A stretch of 64,000 bases of DNA from Azolla caroliniana (GCA_043228905.1 JBHGNT010000008.1:16988001-17052000), one strand, 5' to 3'; positions 1 to 11,655 are shown, counted from the stretch's first letter. Translations and numbers: made by a program. The notes: generated by a model from the sequence alone, not told the origin.

Positions 1-387
1 AATGGGATGCTCTGGACTACTAATTATATTAAATGATATTATACACACAAAACTACCTAGGACAACTTGAATGGGTTCTGATTCTTCTACAATATTCCCG
101 GAAGCAATGGGACGACCATCAATGACCACTACAGATGCGGGACAAGGAAGTTTTCTTAAGGATATCTGAGAAGCTTGGGCAAAATTTCGATCCATGAAAT
201 AGGAATTAGCTCCGGAATCTAAAAGTGCTAGGACGGGTACTGGGGGAGTACTTTTAGTACTAACAATGACTTGGGCTAGGAACACATTGCTAACTTGCTT
301 GGAAGGAATGGAACCACTAATGGGCTGTACAGATCTAGGGCTGTTGTCCAACCAAATGGCTCCAATTTTGGCTGGACTCAATCGTTT
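1..387 (-). pseudogene. Pol N-terminus (aspartic protease) of element A, in -1 frame relative to gag; partial
   Basis: Manual translation [19 protein letters not shown]...VLALLDSGANSYFMDR; homologous to the pol start of element C. Confidence 0.85.
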
Positions 388-1531
388 AACTCTTCATCTA
401 ATTGACTAAGGATTTCAAATTTATTTGAGATACTTGGGCTATTAGTACTATGAATACTATCTGACACTCTATTAGTACTATTAATACTATCAGACACTCC
501 GAAGGGAAGAATTGACTCGGGTTTAGTACAGGCGACGATTTGATTTACCTGTCTTCTTGGCCTATGCGGACAATTGATGGCGATATGTCCTGGTCCACCG
601 CAATAAAGACATAATCGATTGGCACGTCGTCGTTGCTTTTCTTCTTCTGATAACGGGCCGCGTCGACGCATGGTATCGATCTCCATCGGTGTCGAAGTAT
701 TTGCTTGAGGTATGTCTCGTGCAAACGGTTTAGCCGCGACTGCGGCGTAAGTGGGCTCTGGCCTAGAGCGTGGTATCTGTAATTGACGTTCTGAACGCCG
801 TTCAAAAAGGCGGTTGTCACATCGAACTACTCGACTGATTGCCTCCGTAAGAGACTTTGGTTCTTCGGGGAAAGTTAGAAGTAGATCTTTGACATCGTTT
901 CGCAAGCCATAGCAAAACTGCTCCATTAGTGCTTGATCATCCCAGGGTATATCTGAAGCAAGTAGGCGGAAATCCGCCGCGTAGGCAGAGGCTGGACGAT
1001 CGCCTTGACGCAATCGCCGGATCTTGTTGATCGTCGTCCTGATGCTGTCGGTGTCTCCAAAGCAAGCTTTAAACTCACCAATAAAATCTTCAAAGTTATT
1101 AAGGGTGATTGTTTTTCTAGAAGCAGAGCAATCCATGCCAAGGCTGAGCCGCTAAGTAGCGTGCCTATTAGGCCGACTCGAGATGCATCAGTGGGATATC
1201 GGGAAGGATGCATCTGGATGACTAAGCGTACCTGATTAAGGAATCCCCGGAATTGCGAACGCGTTCCATCAAATTTCACAGGAAGTCCAATCTTGGGCTC
1301 TTTATGAAATCCTTAGGGACTGGATCCTTGTTGTTGCAACGCTGCTTCGAGTTGTTGTACCCGTAACGCTAACTCCCCATGTTGTTGTTGCGTTTGTTGT
1401 TTTTCTAGAGCGATTTGTTGCAGATCCCCTATCAGCCGTTGGTTTTCTTGTTCCAGGGCAACAAACTTTTCTTTTAGGCACTGTAGCTCGGAGAAAACGG
1501 ATTGGTATTCTTGGGCGCTAACAATAGCCAT
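378..1531 (-). pseudogene. Retrotransposon Gag of element A (premature stop at 1313-1315, frameshift near 1100)
   Basis: ORFs 1313-1531, 926-1279 and 378-1136 are consecutive pieces aligning to the intact gag at 10492-11655. Confidence 0.9.
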
Positions 1532-1600
1532 AGTATAGGGAAAAGGGTAGGAGGATGAGGGAGAGTGACAAGTAGGCTAGAGGAAAAAATTGGTTCAAAC

Positions 1601-2008
1601 TGTCAGGAATAGCACTAAAACAGAGATGGAATTAGTACTAAGAACAATAGTACTATTAGTACTAAGAGGACGGGACTGCGTAAGATTCCCGAGAGGAAGT
1701 GAGAAGAGGAGAGAGAGAGATAGCGAGAATGAGAGAGAGAGAGATGATGACAACAGCTAATATATTATGTGAAAAGATAAGTACAAGCGGCTAAGAGGCT
1801 TAAGACTGGCGTTGAACCAATTTGGTTCAAAACAATGCCTTGTGCCTCCTTTTATAGTGTTTTTAGGAATAATCCTGAAGCTTCTAGAATGTTCCAGAGA
1901 GATCTGGAATATACATCAATTTTCTATGATAAAGTATAAATGAAAATAATATCCTACAAAATACAATTCATAGTCTAATGGTAAGAGCTCGACCCATGTA
2001 GCATAGCA
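1601..2008 (-). repeat. 5' LTR of element A (~408 bp) with TATA box (1849-1856) and heat-shock element (1877-1894)
   Basis: TGTCAG start as in element C LTRs; end CATGTAGCATAGCA resembles CATGTGTTCATGACA; right boundary is inferred. Confidence 0.75.
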
Positions 2009-4179
2009 GCGTCACTCGCCATCGTACCTGCTCTCGTCGAAGTTGTTAAGTCCGGAGTGCTCGTCCCATCGGTTGTTACGTACGCTGCCTCGAAGAAGTC
2101 CACACCGACTTCTTCGTCCTCCGAAACCATGCCGCCCTCGTCATCAAACCTTGCCCTCGAAAGCATGTCGGCCATGGCGTTGTCCTTTCCGGAAATGTGT
2201 CGTATTTCCGGGTCCAGGGACTTGATGTACGCTATCCACCGGAGCATCGCCAGGTCCGGTGTCGCGCATCCGGAAACCATGCCGAGAATCGGCAGGCAAT
2301 CCGTCTCGATAACCACTTCTGTCCCGATCAAGTAGTCTTTGTCGGCCTTTACTTCCGAAACGATACCCCAGAGTTCGCGTTTAACCTGGGCGTACCCTCG
2401 CTGTCGTTCACTGAGAACCTTCGCGCCGAATCGGATCGGGAACCGAATGCCGTTCTTGTCCTCTTGGTTGACGACCCATCCGATCCCGGTCGGACTCGTA
2501 TCCACTGTTATGTATACCGGGGTACCTTTCCCGTAGACAGCCTTCCGGAGCGCTGGTGCTGCCGCAAGAGCTTCCTTCAACCTCCGGACCGACTCCGTGT
2601 GCTCGTCTCGCCACTCGAATTTTCGCCCTTTCTTCAGCAACCCGTATAGCGGCTCCGCAACGTGGGCGTAATGCGGGATCCATATGTGGTAGAACGCGCA
2701 TGCCCCCAGGAACCTCCGAACTTCCGTAACCGAGCTACAATCGGTCTTCATCGCGGAGATGGCTTCTACCTTTCCCTGAGACGGCTTCCGGCCATAAGGT
2801 CCACATAGGTGTCCGACCACCAGGATTTCCGATTGCCCGAAGGCCGATTTCTCCCCGGAGAAGGTGAGCCTCGCATCCTCTAGCCTCTGTAGCACCTTCT
2901 CACAATCGTCGATGTGTGTCGCCACGAATCGCCGGCATCCGTCCGGCCCGACTGTCTCGTCCTTCTCCTCCACCGGGCACCCCTTTATCGGGATGTCATC
3001 CAGAAATGGCATGGTGATGTCCGAGATGCAATCCCTCGGTACCTTGTTCATTGCATTCACCATGTGGGCCACCGAGTTGGTCCCTCCTTGTGGCAGGGTA
3101 CACATTCGCACTAGGCCGAGGGGAGTTCACATCGTCGTAATGTCTCTGCTCTGCACGGCTAGCTGGAACTGGTCATACCCCGAGTACAGATCACCGACCG
3201 AGTAAATCGACCTTCCGGCGAAGGCCTCTGCGAACTCGTCTATGGTCGGTCCGATTCCTGCGTTCCGAATGGTCACTCTGTTGACCGGCTGCAGGTCCTG
3301 AATGGAGCGCAATGTTCCGTTTTTCTTTGGTACGGTAAACCATCGGTTCGAGTATGGCGCACTCAACGGTTCGAGAATACCCATATCGACTTTCTGCCTC
3401 AGTAGCTCCATCAACTCCGGGATGTGAGCTCTTGGTACCGGAATCGGCTTGAGATTCCACGGCACATGCGGTACCGTGAATATCACCATCGGCTCCACGA
3501 TCGTCGGGTCTACGCATCCGATCTCTTCCGGCGAGAATGCGAAGGCCTTTCCGTGCCTTCCGAGCATCCTCCGAAGCCGGTCTTCCTCCGCCGGCAGTAG
3601 GAACCCGGCCCCACCGATTTTGAGCTCCCGGAGCATTCCGTCGATGAAGGTGTGTCCTATGCAGACCGGATCTCGCAAACTGGGGTCCGACACAACCCCT
3701 CTGATCCGGGACTCGCTGCCCTCCGGTAAGGGTGCCGCGACTGGCCTTACCTTCCGGTCCACAGTCTTGTACTTCGTGCTAACTCGGGCCGTCCGATCCG
3801 ACCCGAGCCCCCGACTGAAGTTCGCGATGACTTCGTACATCTCTTCAGAACATACTGGTATCGTCCGGTCTTCGTTAAGGTCTTCTCCGGCTACCTCCCT
3901 CAGCATTCCCAAGGTGTCGTCGAAGGAGACCGCCTCCACAGCTCCGCTGATTTCCTCGTCCGGGCCGAGAACTCCGCACGCTCGAAGTCGCACTTCCGCC
4001 CTTGTCTTTTCTCGACCAACGATGCCGACTATCATACACCCTCCGTTGTTGGAGAAGCAAAACTTCCTACCTATCGTACAGCGTTCCTTCGGTTTTGGTT
4101 CTATCGTACAGTCGTGGGGTTTTTCCCGAGTGTCCGGGCTGTCTCGGCCCCACGCCTTGGCAGCCCTCTCTAAAAATCC
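2009..4179 (-). pseudogene. RT-RNase H of element B (premature stop at 3127-3129; cut before integrase by element A)
   Basis: ORFs 3127-4392 and 1975-3111 are in the same frame, separated by one TGA. Confidence 0.9.
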
Positions 4180-5804
4180 TCCCGGTTCTCGCCACCGAGG
4201 GATTCCCGGTTTCTCTCGTGGTTTGGCCGCACCGTCAGAAATTGAACCGAATGGCGCCCGTCCTGACTTTTGACCCTCGCGTAGGCCGAACCGTTGTCCA
4301 GCACCTTGGTCTCCATTCGTGCCGCTGTGATGTACGGTTCCCCTAATATGATCGGATGCGAGGGTTATCTTGCGAGCTGGACCCACCGGCATCGTTCCGT
4401 CGTTGCCCGAATCGGGTCTCGTACCGTTGTGAGGGTCCGGCCGCTCCGGCTTTCCCCACTCGTTTGTCTTCTACCAGAGCCTCGTAGTTCCGGCAGGCGG
4501 CTTCTACGAAGCCCGTCTTCTCCTCGACCGGATCGCTCCACCCGGTTATTTCCCGGACCCGTTTCATCTTTCCTTAGCCGTGCGCCAGCAAGACCTTCCA
4601 GCATTGCCGACCAGAATCCGTCTTTGCCCTCTGTTCGGGCCTCGCTGCCCCCGACCCGAATTCCGGCCGACGCCGAGTAGTGGATGGCCTCTACGTGTCG
4701 GGCCGCTGCCTCTTCCATCAGTCTCTTCATACCTCCTCGCCCGTCATTTCGGTTCAGGGCCCTCCTGGTGTCGCCGGCGTGCACCCAGCCTTCCCACAGG
4801 TACACCACCCGGTTCCTCAACGCCTCTGCGAAATCGCTGCAGTCCTTCCGAATGTGGCCGACCTCGTCGCACCACATGCACCTGTTCCCCGCTGCCGGTC
4901 GTCGGTCGCGAGCCGGTTCGCTGTCTTCCCTTTGAGTCTGGGCGATCTGGAGATCCTTTATCGCCCGCGTCAACTCCTCCAGCGCTCCTCCTCCGGACGA
5001 GCCATTGACCATGCCGATCGAAGCCGGACCGGTTTCGAGCCATTCCCGGGTTTCTTCCCTTCGCACTTGCGGTGCCGGTTCAAGCCTCCTTGCTGTGACA
5101 GAGCCCGCACCGGCCGCCCTGTTGTCAGCCCATTCTCGCCGTTTGTCGAAACGGCCACAGACTCTCTTAACCGCAGCCCAGTCGGTTGTCAGCCCGTCTT
5201 CGGTTTCCAGCAAGGAGCTGACTTGATCTCTATCCCGCTCGTCCACCGACTTGACGAACAATAGGACCCGGCTCGTATCCAGAACGGTTCGGTCAAGCGC
5301 CGAAAGGCGCGCAAAGCGTTCTTCGAACTCCCGGAGGAGTGCCGACGCGTTTCTTCCCTTGCCGGGGGACTCCACCCATTCCATGAAGTCCCGTTTCGAA
5401 AGCCGGAGCGCGTCTTCCAGCCCGTATTTTTCTAGGAGTCGGCCTTCGAACTCCTCCCAGGTACGGCTCTCCGCCCGCACCTCGAGCACCTCCGCATGGA
5501 TGCTCGGCATCGCCACTCGGGGAAACCCGGCAAGACGCCTCTCTTCCGGAATGTCCCGCATCAGCATTTCTGCTCCGTAGGACGCCAAATACTTCGTGGC
5601 ATCCTTTCCGTTGAACCGGCCGATCGTACCGACGACCGCCTCAATGGCTCTGTCGAGGGCGCCGGTACCCTCGCGTGCACTCAATATCCGATCCACGGCC
5701 GAAGCCATGGCCTCTGCAAGATCCGACCCCTTCATCTTCTGCTCTTCTGCCGCCTCCTTCACGTCGGGTTCACCAAGATGTCGAGGTTTTCCTCGCGGAT
5801 GCAT
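4170..5804 (-). pseudogene. Gag-protease of element B (frameshift near 4565; deletion near 4350 removes the protease active site)
   Basis: Gag ORF 4365-5804, continuation 4343-4567, then C-terminal protease piece ILGEPYITAARMETKVLDNG...REDF* with no D(S/T)G motif. Confidence 0.75.
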
Positions 5805-6456
5805 GGAATGAGGCGGGACCTCAGGGGTCCTGTACCGAAGAGCAAGAGAGAAAGGACAAGAGACCCACTACGTATGAGCGTAGATTCACAGGGACACGGC
5901 CCTTCGACACAAAGATGCGAGTGGGACAGCGACACAGAGAGACACGAATGTATGTATGTATTAACAAAGACAACAACAAGAACACGGAAGCAACAAAAAC
6001 ATGAAGTCGGTTACAACCGAACAGGCCGACGAACAGATGCCGATGCCTGTTCGTAAACGCACAAAAAGACAGGAGCAGGTTGGAGGTGCTGCCGGAAGCA
6101 CTCGGGCATTCCTCAGAGCAGCGCGAGCCTCCCAAAACCTGCATAGAAGGAAGCTATGGAGTTTGCGAACTAGAGAGAGAGAGAGAAGCCTTCGCACGCA
6201 AACCGACAGCACTTCGTCCTCGACTCTCCGCGATGCCCTCCCCCTTCTCGTCTCCCTCCTTTTTATAGGCAAGGAAGGAGCCGTTTCCCCTTTAGTTCCT
6301 ACCCACTAAATCTACCCGCCTAGGATCTTCTATGGACAACATTCGAGAAGAGCCGGTTCCTACGCTCCTGTGCACCGATTCCGCTTGTGGACGGTTTTCT
6401 TCACGACAATGGCCTCTCGTTACGCACCAGTCCGGCCTAACCGATCCGGTCCTTGG

Positions 6457-6855
6457 TGTCAGAACCAAGGATAAAAGATAGAGTGATGGAAGAAGGATAG
6501 AGAAGAATGGATGTATAAGATAGAGAAAGAAAGAGAATGGATACAAGATATGTAATGAGAGCTAAAGACTGGTGTTGATTCGAATTGATTTGAGAATACA
6601 TGTATGCGCTTATTTATAGGTTCCTATAGAATAGCTTAGAGATTTCTAGAATGTTCTAGAATGTTCTAGACCTAGAATGCTCTAGGACATTCTAGAATAA
6701 TCTAGAGTTTTTACAATAATCAATGTAATACAAGAAGTAGCTTTTATTGTTTCATATAACAATAAGCTATCTTAATGGTTGAGGTTTTCAAGTATGAATT
6801 ACAAGGTTCGAGGTTCAAGTCCGGGTGACGCCATAATGGTCATGTGTTCATGACA
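6457..6855 (-). repeat. 3' LTR of element C
   Basis: Direct repeat of 11724-12122, TG..CA termini. Confidence 0.97.
6644..6666. promoter_or_regulatory. Heat-shock element (5 alternating nGAAn units) in U3 of element C; second copy at 11911-11933
   Basis: TTC-TA-GAA-TG-TTC-TA-GAA-TG-TTC just upstream of the minus-strand TATAAATA. Confidence 0.8.
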
Positions 6856-9800
6856 CTATCCCTCCTTCGAGAACGCCGAGTGGAAGTCGGCGTTAACATT
6901 GTTGGGCCGGGCTTGTTTGGATAGTGACGATGGAAGTCGTTGACCAGAGCTTCAGCATTACAAACGTTATCGATGGGTTCCCAAGTGCGATCACTCGGAG
7001 GATAACCAAGCCAATCAACTAGATAATAAAGCTTATTGCGCACAATCTTAGAATCGAGAATAGCAGCTACCTCGTATTCGGGGCCGTCCACAAGTTGTAT
7101 AGAAGGCGGTGGTGGCACAACACGATTAGGAATTAAAGAGGTGTGGCAAGGTTCCAAAAGAGAGCTATGAAAGACAGGGTGAAGCCGCATATGTGCAGGA
7201 AGGTTAAGACGAAATGTTGCATCATTAATCTGCGCCGTGATGACAAAAGGACCTAAGCGTTGATAGTCAAGCTTAGCACACGGTCGGGTAGTCTTGATGT
7301 GACAACGAAGCAACCATACACGGTCACCAACCTTAAACGAAGACTTAAGACGTGTCGATCGGCATTGGTCTTATGGTGTGCTTGCGCTTTCTGAAGATGT
7401 GACGATAACTCGAACTGGATTTGTTGTAGTCGGTGGAGGTGATGTGCCGCACTAGGGTTTCGTGACACCTCGGGAAGATCCAGTATACACCATCGAGGGT
7501 GGTTGCCGGTGTAGGCAAAGAAAGGTGTAACTTTGGTAGAAGAGTGGACCGTGTTGTTGTATGCAAACTCGGAAAGATGTAAAATTTTACTCCAATCATC
7601 TTGTTGATAACTAATGAAACATCGAAGATATTGCTTGAGCGTTTGATTTGTGCGCTCTGTTTGTCCGTCAGTTTGTGGATGATAAGCCGAAGAGAGTTTG
7701 CAAGAGATTTTGAGGCCTGCCCATAGGTGCTTCCAAAAGTGTGAGATAAATTGAGGACCTCGATCGCTAATAATATCATTCGGGAGACCATGATGGCGAA
7801 ACACTTCACGCATAATGAGATCTACAGTTTCTTCACTATTGGTCTTTACACATGGTACAAAATGTGTCATCTTGGTGAACCGATCCACTACTGTTAAAAT
7901 AGTATCAAAGCCTTTGGAAGGTGGTAGATCCGTAATGAAATCCATAGAAATAGACTGCCATGGCTTGTTGGGAGGGGGTAATGGTTGTAGTAAGCCATAA
8001 GGGTGATGCCGGGGTATTTTGGCACGACAGCAGGTGTCACAAGTGCGAACATAATCTTCGACAAATTTTTGCAAGTGAGGCCACCAAAATGAACGTTTCA
8101 CCAGCTCAATGGTCTTGGAAATACCAAAATGTCCAGCCATGGGGGCATCATGACAATGTTCCAACACTTGAAGTCGGGGTGATCCGTCGGGGACGTAAAG
8201 GAGATTCTTGTAGAAGAGTAAACCATCTTGCCACTTGAAGTCCTGATAATGTTGAGATGACCCTGGCAATGTGGAGCAAGATGGACGACTTGAACCACAG
8301 TGGGCTAAGACATCCTTAGCAAAATCATCCGAATGAAGTTGTTGCCGAATAGTGTCAAGAAGGGTAGAATCAAGTGGTGTGGCATAAATTGTTGTTACTT
8401 GTAGCTTTGATGGCCCGAGGAGAGTTTGCTTTTGATTGTCAAAGGCCGGATCTCCAAGTCGAAGGGCTAGATACGAACGCCGAGACAGAGCATCTGCTTT
8501 CCCTTGTTGTTTTCCGGGGCGAAAAATGATCTTGAAATCGAAACGCGTTAGAAATTGGGCCCACCGAGCTTGTCGTCTATTTAATACTCGAGCTGTTTGA
8601 AAATATTTGAGATTTTTGTGATCACTATAAATGATAATCTGATGAGGTGATCCTTCTAGAAAATGACGCCATTGCTCGAATGAGTCGACCACAGCTAGTA
8701 ACTCCTTGTCATGCACCTCATAGTTTATCTCCGAAACAGTAAACTTTCTCGAGTGAAACGCGACTGGATGTATCTGCCCGTCCTCGCCTGGTTGCGATAG
8801 GATACTCCCCAATGCAAAGTCTGATGCATCCGCCTCAATAGTAAATGGCTTTTCAGGATCAATATGTGCTAGGATGGGTGCTGATGTGAATGCCTCTTTC
8901 AGCTGCGTAAAAGCCTTGTCCGCTTCGATACTCCAAAAAAATGCTTGATTTTTCTTGGTGAGTTGAGTAAGGGCCAACACAATGCTTGAATAATTATGTA
9001 TGAATTTGCGATAGAAGTTCGCAAATCCGAGGAAACACTGGACATCCCGAACTGAGCATGGGGGTTTCCATTCCAATATTGTTTGGACTTTTGCCGGGTC
9101 CATGAAAACACCCTGGGATGAAATAGTGTATCCCAAATATTCAACTTGTTTGCAATCAAAACTGCATTTCTCAAGTTTGGCGTAAAGACCATACTTCCTT
9201 AGGCGTTCAAGTACTTGCCGCACATGTATATCATGCTCCCCCTATGTTTTAGAGTAAATCAATAGATCATCTAGGTAGATGATTAGAAAAATATCCAAGA
9301 AATCCCGGAAGATGTCATTTGCCATATGTTGGAATACGGCAGGTGCATTTGTGAGCCCGAAAGGCATGATTGTATACTCGAAATGACCATACCGAGTACG
9401 AAACGCTGTTTTCCACTCATCTCCCGGCCGAATTCGAACAAGATTATATGCACCCCTTAGATCAATTTTGGTAAAATGCTTTGCCCCACCAATGCGTTCT
9501 AAGAGATTGGAGATTAAAGGTAAAGCATACCTATTCCTTATGGTGACTTTATTTAAGCCTCGATAGTCCACGACCAAACGAAGGGAGCCGTCCTTTTTCT
9601 TCACAAAAAAGATAGGAGCACCAGCTGGAGACTTTGAATGTCGAATAAACCCATGTGCAAGATTTTCCTTGATGTATTCTCGAAGAACCTCAAGCTCAGT
9701 GGGTGATAAATTGTAAATCGGACCCCATAGAGGCTCTTTTCCTGGTTGGAGATCAATAGGACAGCCGTACGGCCGATGCTTTGGAAGAACACTAGCTTTG

Positions 9801-10501
9801 ACTTTGTCGAAAACATCAGCATAGTCTTGATATTTTTTGGGAATTTGGATGTCTGAATTCCCTTGAGTGACACTAGAAGGTGTCATTGATACTGCAAATA
9901 AGAAAAGGTCCTCCTTGCCTCCCACTTGGTGCAATTGATGTAATGTGATGGCTGAAATTTGATGAGAAGGATATGGTGCATCGGTAGAACTATATACTTT
10001 GGGAGGATAATCCCGAGTTCGATCCTTGAGAATGATATTTTCTGCTAAAGGGCACCTAATTTCTCGCTTCCTCCAATCGATTCTAGGGTTATGTAGCTCG
10101 AACCATGGCAAACCGAGGACAATTGGATGCTCAGGACTACGGATTATGTTAAAGGAAACTACACATCCTAAATCACCCAAGAGTATGTGTATTGGCTCAG
10201 ACTCTTCAAATATCTTCCCGAAAGCTATGGGGCATCCATCAATCACTACTACGGAAACTGGACAAGGAAGTGTATGCAAGGATATTTGGTGTTTTTGGGC
10301 AAAATCTCTATCCATGAAACAAGAATTGACTCCAGTATCTAAGAGGGCTTGGACTTGAAGTTGACAACTGGGTGTCCTAACTTGTACTAGGGCTGAGAAG
10401 ACTCTACTAACATGCTTGGAAGAAATGGAACCCACACTAGGTTGTACATATCTAGGGTTGTCCAACCAAATGGCTCCTATTTTGGCCGAACTTATTCGTT
10501 T
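6840..10501 (-). pseudogene. Pol of element C: protease, RT, RNase H, integrase, chromodomain (one in-frame TAG at 9242-9244; frameshift near 7345)
   Basis: LLDTGVN; YLDD; IEADASD; HHCC and D,D(35)E integrase; GPF; chromodomain YEVAAILDSK..YYLVDWLGY...TWEP. Confidence 0.95.
6856..6867 (-). other. Polypurine tract of element C
   Basis: AAGGAGGGATAG immediately upstream of the 3' LTR on the minus strand. Confidence 0.85.
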
Positions 10502-11655
10502 GACTCCTCTTCTAATTGGCTTAGGACTTCAAATTTATTGGACAAGGGTGGATTATTCATAATATTAGATTCACTAACTACTTCTAAAATGTTGGACTCA
10601 TTTTTCTTGTCATAGTGAATTTGATTTACCTGACGTCTCGGCCTACGGGAGCAATGAATGGCTATATGTCTTGGACCTCCACAATATAAGCACAGATGGT
10701 TTGCTCGACGACGTTGCTTCTCTTCGTCTGACAACGGTCCTCGTCGTTGAGTCATATCGATCTCCATGGGTGTAGGACTATCCATTGGGACTGGACTACG
10801 TGTTTGCCTTGGAGTTGGAGCAGGGCTATACATTTGCCTTGGGGATGATTGCGCCGTTACTGATGCATAAGTTGGTGTGAATCTAGATCTTGTTATTTGT
10901 TGTTGTCGCTCACATCGACGCTCAAAAAGGCGATTATCACACCGTATTGCTCGACTAATAGCTTCTGTAAGTGACCTTGGATCCTCGGGGAAGGTAAGAA
11001 GTAAGTCTTTGACATCACTACGAAGGCCTGAACGGAATTGCTCCATTAGGGCTTGTTCATCCCAAGGAATATCGCTTGCGATGAGACGGAAATTGGCAGC
11101 ATATGTTGAAGTTGGTTGATCACCTTGACGAAGTGTACGAATCTTGTTGATAGCTGTTCTCGCCCCATCAGTATCTCCGAAACAAGCCTTAAATTCCTTG
11201 ATAAATTCCTCGAAATTATTCAGTAGAGGAGAATTGGTCTCTAGCAATGGAGCAAACCACGACAACGCTATGCCAGTCAATAAAGTGCCCACTAGCCCGA
11301 CTCGTGATGCATCTGTTGGATAACGTGCGGGATGCATTTGAATCACCAACCGTACTTGATTCAAAAAACCTCGGAAATGCGCCCTCGATCCATCAAATTT
11401 AGCTGGGAGGCTAATTTTGGGCTCCTTGATAAGTCCATGACCTTCAACCCTTTGTTGTTGTAACACGACGATTGTCGACTCTAACTGTTGCACTCGTCGC
11501 GTGAACTCCTCTTGTTGTTGTTGCTTCTCTATAGTAACCTTTTGTAGATCCCCAAGTAGACGTTGATTCTCTACTTCAAGAGATGCGAACTTGGATTTAA
11601 GGTTCTCCATTTCTGCAACAAGGGTGAGATATTCTTCTAAGTTAATGGCAGCCAT
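10492..11655 (-). CDS. Gag of element C (387 aa: coiled coil, capsid-like domain, CCHC knuckle)
   Basis: Intact ORF from MAAINLEE; [14 protein letters not shown]; ATG downstream of PBS. Confidence 0.92.
   Translation of the reverse strand: MAAINLEEYLTLVAEMENLKSKFASLEVENQRLLGDLQKVTIEKQQQQEEFTRRVQQLESTIVVLQQQRVEGHGLIKEPKISLPAKFDGSRAHFRGFLNQVRLVIQMHPARYPTDASRVGLVGTLLTGIALSWFAPLLETNSPLLNNFEEFIKEFKACFGDTDGARTAINKIRTLRQGDQPTSTYAANFRLIASDIPWDEQALMEQFRSGLRSDVKDLLLTFPEDPRSLTEAISRAIRCDNRLFERRCERQQQITRSRFTPTYASVTAQSSPRQMYSPAPTPRQTRSPVPMDSPTPMEIDMTQRRGPLSDEEKQRRRANHLCLYCGGPRHIAIHCSRRPRRQVNQIHYDKKNESNILEVVSESNIMNNPPLSNKFEVLSQLEEESNE

Larger units (their letters stand above)
1..2008 (-). mobile_element. 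Ty3/gypsy chromovirus-like (Tcn1/Tf1-type) element A, 5' portion (5' LTR, gag, protease); continues beyond window start; inserted in pol of element B
   Basis: Gag with CCHC knuckle CLYCGGPGHIAINC, protease motif ALLDSGANS, gag and junction highly similar to element C; LTR bounded by TG at 1601 and CA at ~2008, after which element B pol sequence resumes. Confidence 0.9.
2009..6426 (-). mobile_element. Ty3/gypsy element B (GC-rich; gag-protease / RT-RNase H), internally deleted and interrupted by element A
   Basis: Gag with CMWCDEVGHIRKDC, RT motifs DLYSGYDQ, LPQGGTNS and FLDD, RNase H TVDTS...ETDC...NAMADMLSR; TATA-like TATAAAAAGG at 6258-6267; LTR boundaries uncertain. Confidence 0.85.

Noticed and set aside
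2043-6309. Many long plus-strand ORFs over element B
   Set aside because: Antisense shadows of GC-rich coding sequence with no recognisable motifs
6760-6833. Functional tRNA gene
   Set aside because: No convincing acceptor or anticodon stems by eye; kept only as a tRNA-like motif
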